Assembly: GCA_963832505.1 (NCBI GenBank)
Contig: CAWHUD010000005.1
Coordinates: 68,215 to 132,214 of the forward strand
Length of the DNA: 64,000 nucleotides
From: an uncultured Pseudomonadota bacterium
GTDB taxonomy: Bacteria; Pseudomonadota; Gammaproteobacteria; Steroidobacterales; Steroidobacteraceae
Direction: 5' to 3'
Position numbers and translations under genes: made by a program. Under the pieces are notes generated by a model. That model had not been told where the DNA came from, ran no database searches, and saw only the letters and a list, made by a program, of their open reading frames with translations. Shown piece by piece: positions 63,942 through 64,000 of the stretch. Numbering within the stretch: position 1 is the first letter of the stretch; every line of letters begins with the position of its first letter.

Positions 63942-64000
63942 CGTAAGTCGCGGTCGAGAAATCTCTTGTGGCGCCGAGGTTCCTGGCGCTGGTAGGCGTA

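Overview
GC-rich proteobacterial chromosomal window. I found no rRNA, tRNA, CRISPR array or recognisable transposase/integrase gene.

- 0.3-15 kb: a sulfur-assimilation neighbourhood with an OprO/P-type porin, two sulfate/thiosulfate-binding proteins, a CysB-type regulator and cysA-cysT-cysW. A Cache/HAMP/PAS histidine kinase and an OmpR-type regulator are chained to the 3' end of the transporter operon by 4-nt start/stop overlaps. This stretch also holds a DmeF-like CDF exporter and an exported MDR-oxidoreductase/MBL-hydrolase pair.
- 15-24 kb: an orphan MotA/ExbB-like channel and a PCu(A)C copper chaperone. A near-consensus sigma-54 promoter follows, in front of a tandem array of three paralogous secreted proteins (beta-propeller plus two LamG/ConA-like modules) and one collapsed fourth copy. 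A convergent MFS transporter closes the block.
- 25-38 kb: three GGDEF-EAL signalling proteins, a Gcw_chp barrel / ECF sigma / anti-sigma / S8 peptidase module, and a YbdK-type ligase.
- 38-45.6 kb: a lipoprotein, SrkA kinase, GalE, a GlrK-lipoprotein-GlrR-like sigma-54 two-component module, and an EEP hydrolase bracketed by a duplicated terminator-like hairpin.
- 45.6-64 kb: a minus-strand PEP-CTERM-type exopolysaccharide locus. It runs from an EpsB-type priming transferase, a PEP-CTERM-subfamily deacetylase and a PrsR-like sigma-54 regulator, through PIG-L, RfbF, a class-III aminotransferase, a SAF-domain dehydrogenase and an RfbC-like cupin. Methyltransferases, Ugd, a UXS-like SDR, a pyruvyl transferase, GT2, DUF418, an LpxL-like acyltransferase and a Wzx-like flippase complete it.

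About two thirds of the genes are interrupted by single-base frame changes as assembled, and the changes are patchily distributed. These genes are typed 'pseudogene' here, but many breaks may be consensus errors. Coordinates of broken genes are whole-gene spans stitched by eye from the ORF track and are approximate at some ends.
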